Source: an uncultured Actinomycetes bacterium
Lineage (GTDB): Bacteria > Actinomycetota > Actinomycetes > Streptosporangiales > Streptosporangiaceae
DNA: 64,000 nt
Direction of reading: 5' to 3'
Assembly: GCA_963713815.1 (NCBI GenBank)
Contig: CAVQNH010000007.1
Location: forward strand, 90-64,089
Of this stretch, positions 18,454 to 28,117 are shown piece after piece. The position numbers and the translations under genes are program-made. Below the pieces are notes generated by a model that made no database searches, had not been told where the DNA came from, and was given only the letters and a program-made list of their open reading frames with translations. How positions within the stretch are numbered: the stretch's first letter is position 1; each line of letters starts with the position of its first letter.

Positions 18454-19365
18454 TTACTCCCAGGACTGCTCCAGGCCGTTGACCAGGGTCGTGACCGCCT
18501 GGTTGAGGAGCACGGGGACGCCGGCCTCGGTACCTCGCCGCACGATTGCGCCGTTGAGGACGCCGATCTCGGTGGGCCGCCGGGCCAGGACGTCCTGCAG
18601 CATGCTGGGGCGGTGCCCGTGCGCGTGGGTCACGGCCTCCTCGATCATGGCCAGCGGATCGTCGTCCAGCGTGATGCCGAGCGCCCGGGCCACCGCGCAC
18701 CCCTCGCCCGCCAGGCCGCCGATCAGGTCGCGGGCGCCGGCCATCTCACCGAGCTGCCCCATGGTCAGGCCGGTCAGCGCGGCCACCGGGCTGGTGGCGG
18801 AGTTGAAGATCAGTTTGGTCCACTGGGCACCGCGGGCGTCCTGGAGGGCCGTGGTCGGCAGCCCGCCCCGGTTCAGCAGGTCGGCCAGCCGGCGCACCTC
18901 GCCCATCCGGGCCGGCCGGGGCTCGAACGGCCCGATCCAGGTGCCACCCGGGGCGTCCAGCTGCACGGCGCCCGGGGCGGGGACGTGACCGGCCACGATC
19001 GTGGTACCCCTGATCACCCGGGGCACGTACCGGGCGATGATCTCCTCGTTGCCCACGCCGTTCTGGACGCTGCACACCGCCGCATCCGCGAAGGCGGCCG
19101 CGATCGCGGCCAGGGCGGCGTCGGTGTGCAGGGACTTGGTGGCCACGATGCCGAGCTCGCAGGGCGGGATCTGGGCCCCGTCGCTGCGGGCCTGGATCCC
19201 GTGCGTCCCGGCCTTCACCCCCGGGCACTGCAGGCCGTGCTCGTTGATGGCCCGGACCTGTCTCTCCGACACGTCGAACACCCAGACTTCGGCGTCGCCG
19301 AGGGCGGCCAGGTGCGCCGCGAACAGGCTGCCGATCGCCCCGCAGCCGACCACGCAGATCCGCAT
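18454..19365 (-). CDS. 2-dehydropantoate 2-reductase family (PanE/ApbA-like) NAD(P)H oxidoreductase
   Basis: MRICVVGCGAIGSLFAAHLAALGDAEVWVFD (Rossmann GxGxxG) ... GAQWTKLIFNSATSPVAALTG ... HRPSMLQDVLARRPTEIGVLNG. Start at ATG 19365; the rest of track ORF 18454..19842 is a shadow frame. Confidence 0.85.
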   Translation of the reverse strand: MRICVVGCGAIGSLFAAHLAALGDAEVWVFDVSERQVRAINEHGLQCPGVKAGTHGIQARSDGAQIPPCELGIVATKSLHTDAALAAIAAAFADAAVCSVQNGVGNEEIIARYVPRVIRGTTIVAGHVPAPGAVQLDAPGGTWIGPFEPRPARMGEVRRLADLLNRGGLPTTALQDARGAQWTKLIFNSATSPVAALTGLTMGQLGEMAGARDLIGGLAGEGCAVARALGITLDDDPLAMIEEAVTHAHGHRPSMLQDVLARRPTEIGVLNGAIVRRGTEAGVPVLLNQAVTTLVNGLEQSWE

Positions 19366-19370
19366 CCGGG

Positions 19371-20402
19371 CTACCCGGCGGCCCGGGCGGCCAGCACGGC
19401 CGCGGCGATCTCTTCGCAGGCCCCGGGATCCCGCCCGGCCACGCCCAGGCCCGCCACGACCCGGCCGTCCTCCTCGACGGGCAGTCCCCCGGGGGCGGCC
19501 AGGACCGGGAACGGCACGAGCGCCCCGAGCTGGGCCGCCAGCCCGTCCGGGTAGAGCGCGGCCAGCTCTGCGCTGGGGCACTGGAACGTCCCGGCCGCCG
19601 CGGCCACGGCCTGGGCGACGGCCACCGCGGCGGTGGGCGCGCCCGGCATCCAGTCCTGCTGGACCGGGTCCCCGCGGTGGTCGGCGATAGCCACCGCGAC
19701 CCGCTGGCCGCGCCGCTGGGCCTCCGCCATCACCTGGTCGGCGAGGGCGACCGCCCACTGGTGCTCCAGCTGGGCCTTGGCCGCCGGCGCGGGCGTCATC
19801 CCCTGGCCCGCCGGGCTTTCCCCGGCCAGATCCCCCGGCCACTCCCCGAAGGCGGCCCGCCAGCGCGCCTCGTCGTCGCCGTGCTGGCCTGCGTAAGGCA
19901 CCCCGAGCGCGTAGTGCACCACCAGGTCCTCGGGGTTGGCCGGCACGCCATCGGCGATCATGTCCATCGGGTCGGTGCCGGCCGGGTAGAACGGGCTGAC
20001 CGCGGCGCCCGAGGCGGCGATCCCGCCGACGACCAGGTCCCCGTCCCGCACCGGCATCCCGCCGGCGCCCGGGAAGTTCGCTTCCGGGGAGCAGGCCACG
20101 AAGCCCTGCGCTACCGGCCCGGCGATCGTGACCATCCGGCGCAGGTGCTCGGCGCTCGGCACCTGCTGGGTGGCCGCGATCCAGGCCTTGGACCGGGCCC
20201 GGGCCATGCCGCCCGCGCCGGAGGCGTCCATCCGGGACGCGGACACGAGTACCCCGCTGCCGCCCACCACGGCGACCGACCCGCGCAACCCGAGCTGCTC
20301 GGCCTTGTCGATGGCCCGCTCGATCAGGGCCCGGGCCTGGTCCAGCGGGAGATCCGGGGTTCTCCCGCCCCCGGGATCTCCCGGGCCGCTCAGGCCCCCC
20401 AT
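19371..20402 (-). CDS. Tandem-domain GlcG/HbpS-like (DUF336 x2) protein
   Basis: Domain 1: LDQARALIERAIDKAEQLGLRGSVAVVGGSGVLVSASRMDASGAGGMARARSKAW...GGMPVRDGDLVVGGIAASG. Domain 2: VMAEAQRRGQRVAVAIADHRGDPV...GGLPVEEDGRVVAGLGVAG. Start at ATG 20402. Confidence 0.8.
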   Translation of the reverse strand: MGGLSGPGDPGGGRTPDLPLDQARALIERAIDKAEQLGLRGSVAVVGGSGVLVSASRMDASGAGGMARARSKAWIAATQQVPSAEHLRRMVTIAGPVAQGFVACSPEANFPGAGGMPVRDGDLVVGGIAASGAAVSPFYPAGTDPMDMIADGVPANPEDLVVHYALGVPYAGQHGDDEARWRAAFGEWPGDLAGESPAGQGMTPAPAAKAQLEHQWAVALADQVMAEAQRRGQRVAVAIADHRGDPVQQDWMPGAPTAAVAVAQAVAAAAGTFQCPSAELAALYPDGLAAQLGALVPFPVLAAPGGLPVEEDGRVVAGLGVAGRDPGACEEIAAAVLAARAAG

Positions 20403-20407
20403 GTCGC

Positions 20408-21208
20408 TCAGGCCCCGACCATGTTGTAGCCGCCGTCGGCGACCATGTATGTCCCGGTGATGTGCGATGCGTCGTCGGTGGCCAGGAACAGCGCGGTCCC
20501 GGCGACTTCCTCGGGACGCGGTATCCGGCCCATCGGCGTCATCGAGCGCAGCTTCTCGGCCCGCCCGGTCTTCCAGTCCTGCCGGTTCAGCGTGGCCTGG
20601 GTCTCGATGAACCCGGGCGCGAACGTGTTGACCCGCACCGTGGGCGCGAACGCCTGCGCGTAGGACTTGGTGATCCCGAGGATGCCGTACTTGGCCGCCG
20701 CGTACTGCGGGGCCCGCGCGCTGCCCCGGACCACGACCGTGGAGCCGATGTTGATGATGCAGCCGCCGCCCGCGTCCAGCATCCGGGAGCCGAGCTCCTG
20801 GGTGCACAGCAGCGTGCCCTTGATGTCGACGGCCAGCACGTGGTCGATCGACTCCTCGGTGATGTCCCGCCAGGACATCTGGTCCCGGGCCACGTCACCC
20901 ACGTTGTTGACCGCGACGTCGAGTCCCCCGAACGCGGCGAAGGCCGCGTCGGCCATGGCCCGGATCGCGTCCCAGCTGGTGATGTCCGCCTGGACCAGGG
21001 CGGCCTGGCTGCCGGTCTGCTCGATCCGCTTGGCCGTCTGCTCGGCGCCCTCCCGCGAGCGGTTGTAGTGCACCACCACCCGCGCGCCTTCCTGGGCCGC
21101 GCGCACCGCGATCTCGGCGCCGAACCCGGTCCCGGCCCCGGTGACCAGGACGCTGCGGCCCTCGAACCGGCGCGGGAAGCTGGCCGGGGTGGTCTGCTGC
21201 TCTGGCAT
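20408..21208 (-). CDS. SDR-family oxidoreductase (FabG-like)
   Basis: Contains VLVTGAGTGFGAEIA, NNVG, the catalytic YAAAKYG, and a C-terminus ending HITGTYMVADGGY. Confidence 0.9.
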   Translation of the reverse strand: MPEQQTTPASFPRRFEGRSVLVTGAGTGFGAEIAVRAAQEGARVVVHYNRSREGAEQTAKRIEQTGSQAALVQADITSWDAIRAMADAAFAAFGGLDVAVNNVGDVARDQMSWRDITEESIDHVLAVDIKGTLLCTQELGSRMLDAGGGCIINIGSTVVVRGSARAPQYAAAKYGILGITKSYAQAFAPTVRVNTFAPGFIETQATLNRQDWKTGRAEKLRSMTPMGRIPRPEEVAGTALFLATDDASHITGTYMVADGGYNMVGA

Positions 21209-21239
21209 GCGTACTCCAAGCGGTGTCTCGTCAGGGGGA

Positions 21240-22013
21240 CTAGATCAGGATCCGGCCGCCGTCGACGTACATGATGTGGCCGGTGATGAAGGCGGCCCGG
21301 TCCGAGGCCAGGAAGGTCACCGCGTCGGCGACCTCGCCGGTGGTGCCGAGCCGCCCGGCCGGGACCAGGCTGACCAGGTCCTCGCGGATGCTGGGCTGGG
21401 CCAGGTAGTCGCGGGTCAGGTCGGTCTCGATGTAGCCGGGCGCCACCGCGTTGACCGTGACGCCGTGCGGCGCCCACTCCCGGGCCATGACCCGGACCAG
21501 CTGGTTGAGGCCGCCCTTGGTCGCCGCGTAGGGCGCGTGGTGCGCGTGCGCGAGCAGGCCGGACACCGAGGACAGGAAGACCATCCGCCCGTACCCGGCG
21601 GCGCACATCTCCCGGCCGACCGCCTGCCCGGTCCAGTACGCGGTGGACAGGTTCAGGTTGACCAGGTCGGTCCAGGCGTCGTCGTCGAGGTCGAGAATGG
21701 GGAGCCGGTTGTTCCGGCCGACGGCGTGCAGGAATACTTGTATCGATCCCAGCCGCCCTGCCGCTTCCTTGACGACGCGCCGGCACGCCTCCGGGTCGGT
21801 CAGGTCGGCGGCTACCACCTCAAGGTGGCCGCCATGCTCGCTGACCCGCTGCCCGAGTTCGGCGAGCCGGGCCTGGTCGACATCCACGGCCAGGACCCTG
21901 GCCCCCAGCCCGGCGAGCGCGAGCGCGCTCGCCCCGCCCAGACCGCCCGCTCCCGCGATGAGCACCGTACGGTCGCGCAAACCCAGCCAGTCATCCACCC
22001 GCGGTCGCTCCAC
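21240..22013 (-). CDS. SDR-family oxidoreductase
   Basis: Contains VLIAGAGGLGGASA, the catalytic YAATKGG, PHGVTVNAVAPGYIET, and FITGHIMYVDGG. Confidence 0.9.
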   Translation of the reverse strand: MERPRVDDWLGLRDRTVLIAGAGGLGGASALALAGLGARVLAVDVDQARLAELGQRVSEHGGHLEVVAADLTDPEACRRVVKEAAGRLGSIQVFLHAVGRNNRLPILDLDDDAWTDLVNLNLSTAYWTGQAVGREMCAAGYGRMVFLSSVSGLLAHAHHAPYAATKGGLNQLVRVMAREWAPHGVTVNAVAPGYIETDLTRDYLAQPSIREDLVSLVPAGRLGTTGEVADAVTFLASDRAAFITGHIMYVDGGRILI

Positions 22014-22076
22014 TGTCCGTATCGGTGTGCGGGCCGGCTACCTGCGTACTACCCGCCGTGATACTTTCGAGGTGTG

Positions 22077-22087
22077 AAAGTCGATTT
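22077..22087. promoter_or_regulatory. Candidate operator core AAAGTCGATTT in the divergent SDR/IclR promoter region
   Basis: This exact 11-mer recurs on the opposite strand at 29679-29689, upstream of the ABC operon. A 9/11 variant (ATAGTAGATTT) lies at 23753-23763, upstream of the FAH gene. All three sit in AT-rich patches of a >70% GC genome. Confidence 0.35.
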
Positions 22088-22155
22088 TAACGTGTCTCTA
22101 GACGATAGAGGCCCGGGGCCACGACTGTCCAGATAGCTACCCAGGGGGACACCAC

Positions 22156-23112
22156 ATGCCTGCGTCAGCGAACCCGGCGCGCGCCCGGCGCCCGTCAGCA
22201 CGTGCCGGGCGCACCGGCGGCGCACCGCCCGGCCCGGCCGGCAGCGAGCCCGCCGGCACCGATCCCGCCGCCACCGGCGACGCGGCCACCGGCCCTCCGG
22301 CCAGCACCGACGCCACCACCACCGGCAACGCCGCCGCGACCCAGCCCGACTACCGGGTCGAGGCCCTGGCCAAGGGCCTGCGCGTGCTGTCGGTGTTCTC
22401 CGAGCAGCGGCCCACCTGGCGGATCACCGACATCGCCGCCGAGGTCTCGCTCCCGCTGCCGACCGCGTACCGGATCGTGATGACGCTGACCGCCGAGGGC
22501 TACCTGGACCACCTCCCCTCCGGCGAGTACCGCCCCGGGGTGCGCGTCCTGACCCTGGGCACCGCGGCGCTGCGCAGCCTGGACCTGGTCGAGCTGGCCA
22601 CCCCCAAGCTCCAGGAGCTGGCCAACGCGACGAAGGAAACGGTGAACCTCGCCGTGCTGACCGGCGACCAGGTCCTCTACCTGGTCCGGCTGCGCAACTC
22701 CGACCTGGTCACGGCCAACATCCGGGTCGGCTCGCTGCTGCCCGCCGTGCACACCTCGATCGGCAAGCTGCTGCTGGCCTTTCTCGGTGAGGACGAGCTG
22801 GCCAAGTGCATCACCAGCGGGTCCTTCGACGGGACCACCGGGCCCAACGCCAAGCGCAGCCTCGACGAGCTGCGCCCCGAGCTGGCCGCGATCCGCGCCC
22901 AGGGCTGGGCCACGCAGGACGAGGAGCTGGCCTACGGGCTGCGCTCGGTGGCGGCCCCGGTGCGCGGCGAGAACGGCGCCGTCGTGGCGGGCGCGAACCT
23001 GGCCGTGCAGTCCCGCGACTGGCCGGCCGCCCGGATCACCCGCGAGCTGCGGCCGATGGTGCTGGCGACCTGCGCGGAGATCTCGCGGCTGCTGGGCTAC
23101 GCGGGGAGCTGA
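22156..23112 (+). CDS. IclR-family transcriptional regulator with a repeat-encoded N-terminal extension
   Basis: HTH: YRVEALAKGLRVLSVFSEQRPTWRITDIAAEVSLPLPTAYRIVMTLTAEGYL. IclR effector domain: ...LRSVAAPVRGENGAVVAGANLAV. No alternative start exists downstream of the repeat, so the roughly 60-aa N-tail is apparently translated. Confidence 0.9.
   Translation: MPASANPARARRPSARAGRTGGAPPGPAGSEPAGTDPAATGDAATGPPASTDATTTGNAAATQPDYRVEALAKGLRVLSVFSEQRPTWRITDIAAEVSLPLPTAYRIVMTLTAEGYLDHLPSGEYRPGVRVLTLGTAALRSLDLVELATPKLQELANATKETVNLAVLTGDQVLYLVRLRNSDLVTANIRVGSLLPAVHTSIGKLLLAFLGEDELAKCITSGSFDGTTGPNAKRSLDELRPELAAIRAQGWATQDEELAYGLRSVAAPVRGENGAVVAGANLAVQSRDWPAARITRELRPMVLATCAEISRLLGYAGS
22240..22344 (+). 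repeat. Degenerate 15-bp (pentapeptide) array, about 7 units, inside the IclR N-terminus
   Basis: Encodes GSEPA GTDPA ATGDA ATGPP ASTDA TTTGN AAATQ. Confidence 0.75.
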
Positions 23113-23119
23113 CTGACCG

Positions 23120-23686
23120 GTGGCGCGACTGCCGAAACTTCAACCGCCGTTCCGCAACGAAGACCAGCAGCGGCTCTATGCCTCGATCACGAGCGGGCCG
23201 AGAGGCGGCCGCCAGGGACCCTTCGCGCTGGTGGATGAGACCGGCGCGCTGACCGGGCCGTTCAACGCGATGCTGCTGCAGCCGGGGCTGGGCGCGGCCC
23301 TGCAGGCCCTGGGCTCCGCGGTCCGGTTCCAGGGGACGCTGCCGGGCCGGGCCCGCGAGCTGGCCATCCTGGTCGTCGCGGCGCACTGGGCGAGCGCGTT
23401 CGAGCAGCACGCCCACGAAGCCGCCGGGCGGCAGGCCGGGCTGACCGAGGCGGAGCTCGCCGCGGTCCGGGCCGGCCAGGAGCCCGGCCTGGCCGACCCG
23501 GCCGAGCGGGCCGCGGTCCGGGCGGCGCGGGCCCTGGTCCGGGCGGGTGACCTGGACGACGGGGAGTACGCCGCGGCCGTGGCCGGGCTGGGTGAGGCCG
23601 GGGTGTTCGAGCTCACCACCCTGGTCGGCTACTACGCGACGCTGGCGCTCCAGCTCCGGGTGTTCCGCGTGGACGCGCCGGCCTAG
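23120..23686 (+). CDS. Carboxymuconolactone decarboxylase (AhpD-like) family protein
   Basis: Contains ARELAILVVAAHWASAFEQHAHEAAGRQAGLTEAEL and a second helical repeat. GTG start 8 nt after the IclR stop. Confidence 0.75.
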   Translation: MARLPKLQPPFRNEDQQRLYASITSGPRGGRQGPFALVDETGALTGPFNAMLLQPGLGAALQALGSAVRFQGTLPGRARELAILVVAAHWASAFEQHAHEAAGRQAGLTEAELAAVRAGQEPGLADPAERAAVRAARALVRAGDLDDGEYAAAVAGLGEAGVFELTTLVGYYATLALQLRVFRVDAPA

Positions 23687-23769
23687 CCCCGGGCCGGCCT
23701 GGCCCCGGACTGGCCTAGCCCGGACTCGGCCCTTTTCACCCCCGGCCCACTGATAGTAGATTTCGTCAT

Positions 23770-24648
23770 ATGAAACTGGTGACGTTCGACGAGGGCCGGA
23801 CCGGGCGGGTTGACGGCGACACGGTGGTCGAGCTGGACTGCGGGTTCACCCGGGAGTACTTCGAGCGCGGCGGGAACGTCGCCGAGACCGGGGAACGGCT
23901 TCCGCTCGCCTCGGTGCGGCTGCGCGCCCCCATCGTGCCGAAGAAGTTCTTCCACACCGCGGGGAACTTCACCGAGCACCACGAGGAACTGGCCAAGGTC
24001 AACTGGTCCCACCCGGTGCACAAGGGCATCGTGTTCTTCCAGAACGTGGACGCGATCATCGGCCCGGACGACCCGGTCATCTACCCCGAGCACCTGACCA
24101 ACGAGCTCGACTACGAGCTCGAGCTGGCCATCATCATCGGCAAGTCCGGCAAGTTCTTCGGCCCCGACGAGGCCGCGGACTACATCGCGGGCTACACGGT
24201 CTTCAACGACATCACCGCCCGCGACATCCAGCGCCGGGAGATGAAGTCCGGGGTGTTCTCGTTCAGCAAGGCCATCGACACGTTCTGCCCGATCGGCCCC
24301 TGGATCGTCACCAAGGACGAGATCCCGGACGCCCACGACCTGGCCATGGAGCTGCGGGTGAACGGGGATATCCGGCAGAAGGGCAACACCAGCCGCATGG
24401 TGCTGTCCATGCCGCAGCTCGTCGCGTTCCACTCGCCCCAGGGGTTCAGCGCCGGGGACATCCTGACCACCGGGACCATCTCGGGGGTCGCCGCGGTCCA
24501 GCCCGACCCGTTCGAGTTCTACCTGCGCCCGGGCGACGTGGTGGAGGCTGAGATCGAGCACGTGGGCGTGCTGCGCAACCGCGTCGTGTCCTGGGAAGAG
24601 GGCCGCGGCACGCCGGTGCCCACCGGGGACAGCCTGTATAGCGACTGA
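23770..24648 (+). CDS. Fumarylacetoacetate hydrolase (FAH) family protein
   Basis: ELDYELELAIIIGKSGKFF...IAGYTVFNDITARDIQ...KAIDTFCPIGPWIVT...FSAGDILTTGTISGV. Confidence 0.9.
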   Translation: MKLVTFDEGRTGRVDGDTVVELDCGFTREYFERGGNVAETGERLPLASVRLRAPIVPKKFFHTAGNFTEHHEELAKVNWSHPVHKGIVFFQNVDAIIGPDDPVIYPEHLTNELDYELELAIIIGKSGKFFGPDEAADYIAGYTVFNDITARDIQRREMKSGVFSFSKAIDTFCPIGPWIVTKDEIPDAHDLAMELRVNGDIRQKGNTSRMVLSMPQLVAFHSPQGFSAGDILTTGTISGVAAVQPDPFEFYLRPGDVVEAEIEHVGVLRNRVVSWEEGRGTPVPTGDSLYSD

Positions 24649-24656
24649 GACACGCC

Positions 24657-26717
24657 TTAGCTGCGCCCGGCCTCGGTTGGATGCACCGGGGCGGGGTCGG
24701 GCGCGCCGGCGGCCGGGGCTGACGTCCCCGGGCCCGGTGCCCAGCGCACCGGGACGACCCGGTCGCGGACGGCGCCGAGCCAGCGTCCCGGCCCGCGGGT
24801 GGCGCTGGCCAGCTCGCTGGCCACCCCGTCCGGGTTCTTGATCGCGGTGAGCGCGAGCGCGATGCCGGCCACGATCGTCTGGTACTGGCCGATGCTCAGG
24901 TGCTCGTTGAGGAAGTTCACGAACAGCCCGTTGGCCGACATCAGCAGGCCCGCGATCACCGCGCCGGCCACCCGGCCGATGCCGGCCACGTAGGCGATGG
25001 CCAGCAGGGTCAGCGAGGTGAACGTGGCGAACGTGGGCGCCGACACGGTGCCCTGCAGGTACCCCAGCAGCCCGCCGCCCAGCCCGGCGATGAACGCGGA
25101 CAGCGCGAACGCGAACAGCTTGGCCGGGGCCACCCGGATCCCGGCCGCCGCGGCCGCCCGCTCGTTGGAGCGGACCGCGATCAGCATCCGGCCGGTCGCC
25201 GAGCCGCGCATCCGGGCCACGGACAGCCCGACCAGCGTCACGATGACCAGCAAGAACACCCCGAACACCACCCGGGGGTAGGAGTTGGCCCCGGCCACGC
25301 CCAGGTTCAGCCCGAAGATGGTCGGCGGCGGCACGGTGCGGCCGCCCAGCCCGCCGCTGAACCAGGCCGGGTTGAACACCAGCGCGTCGATGGCCGCCGC
25401 CGCGGCCAGCGTGATCACGGCCAGGTTGACCCCGCGGACCCGCAGCGCGGGCAGCCCGATCAGGAGGCCTACCGGCACCGCCGCGGCCGCGGCCAGCAGC
25501 AGCGAGAACGGGAACGGGACCCCCCAGTTCTGGCTGAGGTGGCTGAGCATGAACGCGCTGATCCCGGCGAACGACATCTGGGCCAGCGACACCTGCCCTA
25601 CGTAGCCGGTGAGCACCACCAGGGACAGGCACAGGCAGACCCACACCACCGACGCCATCAGCGCCACCCGGTCCGAGCCGTGCAGCAGGATCATGGCTGC
25701 CACACCGATCACGAACGTGAGCGCCGCGGTGACCACCGGCCGGGCGGGCCGGCCGATCGACGGGTTGCGCCAGTGCCCCATCACCCCCCGGCCACGCACC
25801 CGCTCCGCGCTGAGGGTCATCACGACCAGGATGAGCACGAACGGCACCCCGTCGCCCAGCCCCTGCTGCGGCAGCCAGGTGAACACGGTCTGCAGGTGGA
25901 CGATCTCCGACTGGACCACGCCGAGGGCCAGCCCGGCCGCGGCCGTGACCCCGAACGAGGAGAACCGGCCGATCAGCGCGGCGCCCAGCGCAGGCACCAC
26001 GAACAGGGTGTACGAGGTCGGGTCAACCTCGGAGATCGGCGCGATCAGCACCCCGGACAGCGTGGCCAGCACGGTGGCGATGACCCAGTTCTGGGCCGCG
26101 ATCCGGTTCGCGGACAGGCCGATCAGCGCCGCGCCGACGTCATTCTCGGCCCCGGCCCGGGTGGCCAGCCCGAACCGTGAGTACCGGTAGACGGCCGCGA
26201 GGACCGCGGCGGCCACGATCACGATGCCGGCCAGGTACAGCTGGCTGACCGGCACGACGATGCCGGCCAGCACGAAGCTCCCGGTGGGCAGCACCGACGG
26301 GGCCGACGTGGGCGTGGTCCCGAAGTTGAGCACCGCGATGGCTTCCAGCGAGAGCATCACGCCGACCGACGCGCACACCTTGGTCAGCGGCGCGGCCCGC
26401 AGCAGCGGGCGGTAGACCAGCTGGTAGAGCACGATGCCCAGGACCGCGCCGTAGGCGAGCGTGATGAGCAGGGCCCAGACCGCGGGCAGGCCGCGGGAGG
26501 ACAGCGTGATCTGGTGCGGGATGATGATCCACGGCAGCTCGAGCACGCCCGAGGTGCGCAGCCCGATGAACACGTACGCGCCGTACATGGCCACGGCGCC
26601 CTGGGCGAAGTCGACCACACCCGCGCTGCGGTACTTGAGCACCAGGCCCAGCCCGAGGAGCGCGTAGACCGATCCCCCGCCGAGCCCCAGCAGGAAGAAG
26701 AGCAGGTAGGTGGACAA
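24657..26717 (-). CDS. Fused LivH/LivM-type branched-chain-amino-acid-class ABC transporter permease
   Basis: 686 aa and highly hydrophobic. The N-half is LivH-like (GLGLVLKYRSAGVVDFAQGAVAMYGAY). The C-half is LivM-like (GYVGQVSLAQMSFAGISAF). Confidence 0.9.
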   Translation of the reverse strand: MSTYLLFFLLGLGGGSVYALLGLGLVLKYRSAGVVDFAQGAVAMYGAYVFIGLRTSGVLELPWIIIPHQITLSSRGLPAVWALLITLAYGAVLGIVLYQLVYRPLLRAAPLTKVCASVGVMLSLEAIAVLNFGTTPTSAPSVLPTGSFVLAGIVVPVSQLYLAGIVIVAAAVLAAVYRYSRFGLATRAGAENDVGAALIGLSANRIAAQNWVIATVLATLSGVLIAPISEVDPTSYTLFVVPALGAALIGRFSSFGVTAAAGLALGVVQSEIVHLQTVFTWLPQQGLGDGVPFVLILVVMTLSAERVRGRGVMGHWRNPSIGRPARPVVTAALTFVIGVAAMILLHGSDRVALMASVVWVCLCLSLVVLTGYVGQVSLAQMSFAGISAFMLSHLSQNWGVPFPFSLLLAAAAAVPVGLLIGLPALRVRGVNLAVITLAAAAAIDALVFNPAWFSGGLGGRTVPPPTIFGLNLGVAGANSYPRVVFGVFLLVIVTLVGLSVARMRGSATGRMLIAVRSNERAAAAAGIRVAPAKLFAFALSAFIAGLGGGLLGYLQGTVSAPTFATFTSLTLLAIAYVAGIGRVAGAVIAGLLMSANGLFVNFLNEHLSIGQYQTIVAGIALALTAIKNPDGVASELASATRGPGRWLGAVRDRVVPVRWAPGPGTSAPAAGAPDPAPVHPTEAGRS

Positions 26718-26792
26718 GGCGTGCTCCTCGCGGCGCGAAGTGAACCCGGGACCGGGACCCGCTCAGGGGGGTGAGCGGGCCCCGGTGGCTGA

Positions 26793-28088
26793 TCAGCCCT
26801 TGTAGTAGGCGCCCGCCGTGACCCAGTTCGGGTCGGCCACGATGATCTTGGTTCCCTGCACCTGGCGGATCTGCTGGTAGGCGTTGCACACCGCGGTCGC
26901 CCCGGCCAGCTGCTTGCCGTCACAGGTGTAGGCGTGCGCCATGAAGTTCGGGTGGTCGCTGCCGCTGCGGAACGCGGCCAGGATCTTGGCCATGGTCAGC
27001 TGGGCCGAGGTGAAGTGGGCCAGCGCCGCCTGCACGTTCATCACCGTGGCGAAGCCCATCGCGGTGAGCGAGTCGAGCGGGATGGTCTTCGGCGCGTACT
27101 TCTTGAGCACCGCGAGGTACAGGTTGGACTGCGTGGTCCCGGCGTCCGGCGCGAGCACCGGCGAGGAGTAGTACATGCCGCTCGCCCCGCCGTTGGCGGC
27201 GGCGATCGCCGGGGGTGAGGTGCACGGGTCCACGCCCATCACCTTGGCCGTGCTGCCCAGCTGCTTCAGCGAGCTGAGCACCTGGGGGCAGGAGTTCGGG
27301 TCGTCGATGTAGACCACGTCCGGGTGCGCGCCGATCGCGGCGGCCACCGCCGAGGTGACGTCGGTGGCGGTAGGCGGCACCGGGACCTTGGTGATCTTGG
27401 TGAACCCTACGTTCTTCATGACCGGCGCGATCACGTTGTCCGCGACGGACGTGCCCTGGGTGTCGGAGGTGTAGATGATGGCCGCCGTCTTGGCGTGCAG
27501 CGTCTTGGCCGCGTACACCGAGGCGGCGGCGTTGTCGGCGACCGACACGTCATCGAAGATGACGGCATTCGGATAGTTGGACTCGACCGGGGTGAACGGG
27601 ACGCCGCCCAGGTAGGCCAGCTTGGCCCGCTGCCACACCGGGATGGCGCCCGGCGCGCCGGTGTCGGCGCCGCCCAGGATGGCCACCGGGTGGTCGTTCA
27701 GCAGCTGGTTGGCGCACCGCGCCGAGGTGGCCGGCTGCCCGTCGGTGGCGCAGGTGACGATCTTGATGGGATGCCCGCCGATCCCGCCCAGGTACTGGTT
27801 GGCGTAGGCCGCCGCGGCCTGCTCAGCCTCGGACACCTCCGGGAACGTGACCGGCCCGGACAGCAGGTTGAGCAGCCCGAACACGACCGGCGAGCCGGTG
27901 GCCGGGTGGGCCGTGCCCAGGTTCGCCGTGGTGGACGCGCTCTGCGTGCCGGCCGACGACGGTGCCGCGCTGCTCGCGCCGCTGCTCCCGCTGCCCCCGC
28001 TACTCGAGCACGCGGCCGCCATCAGGCCGCACGCGGCCAGCGCGGCGACCACGGCCACCGGCCGCGCCCTCCCCAGGTTTACCGCCAT
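26793..28088 (-). CDS. ABC transporter substrate-binding lipoprotein (LivJ/type-I periplasmic binding fold)
   Basis: Signal peptide plus lipobox: VAALAACGLMAAACSSSGG. Start chosen at ATG 28088, preceded by AAGGAG. The track ORF start at 28121 overlaps the upstream stop. Confidence 0.85.
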   Translation of the reverse strand: MAVNLGRARPVAVVAALAACGLMAAACSSSGGSGSSGASSAAPSSAGTQSASTTANLGTAHPATGSPVVFGLLNLLSGPVTFPEVSEAEQAAAAYANQYLGGIGGHPIKIVTCATDGQPATSARCANQLLNDHPVAILGGADTGAPGAIPVWQRAKLAYLGGVPFTPVESNYPNAVIFDDVSVADNAAASVYAAKTLHAKTAAIIYTSDTQGTSVADNVIAPVMKNVGFTKITKVPVPPTATDVTSAVAAAIGAHPDVVYIDDPNSCPQVLSSLKQLGSTAKVMGVDPCTSPPAIAAANGGASGMYYSSPVLAPDAGTTQSNLYLAVLKKYAPKTIPLDSLTAMGFATVMNVQAALAHFTSAQLTMAKILAAFRSGSDHPNFMAHAYTCDGKQLAGATAVCNAYQQIRQVQGTKIIVADPNWVTAGAYYKG

Positions 28089-28117
28089 TGGTATCTCCTT
28101 GTGGTGGTGTATGTGTT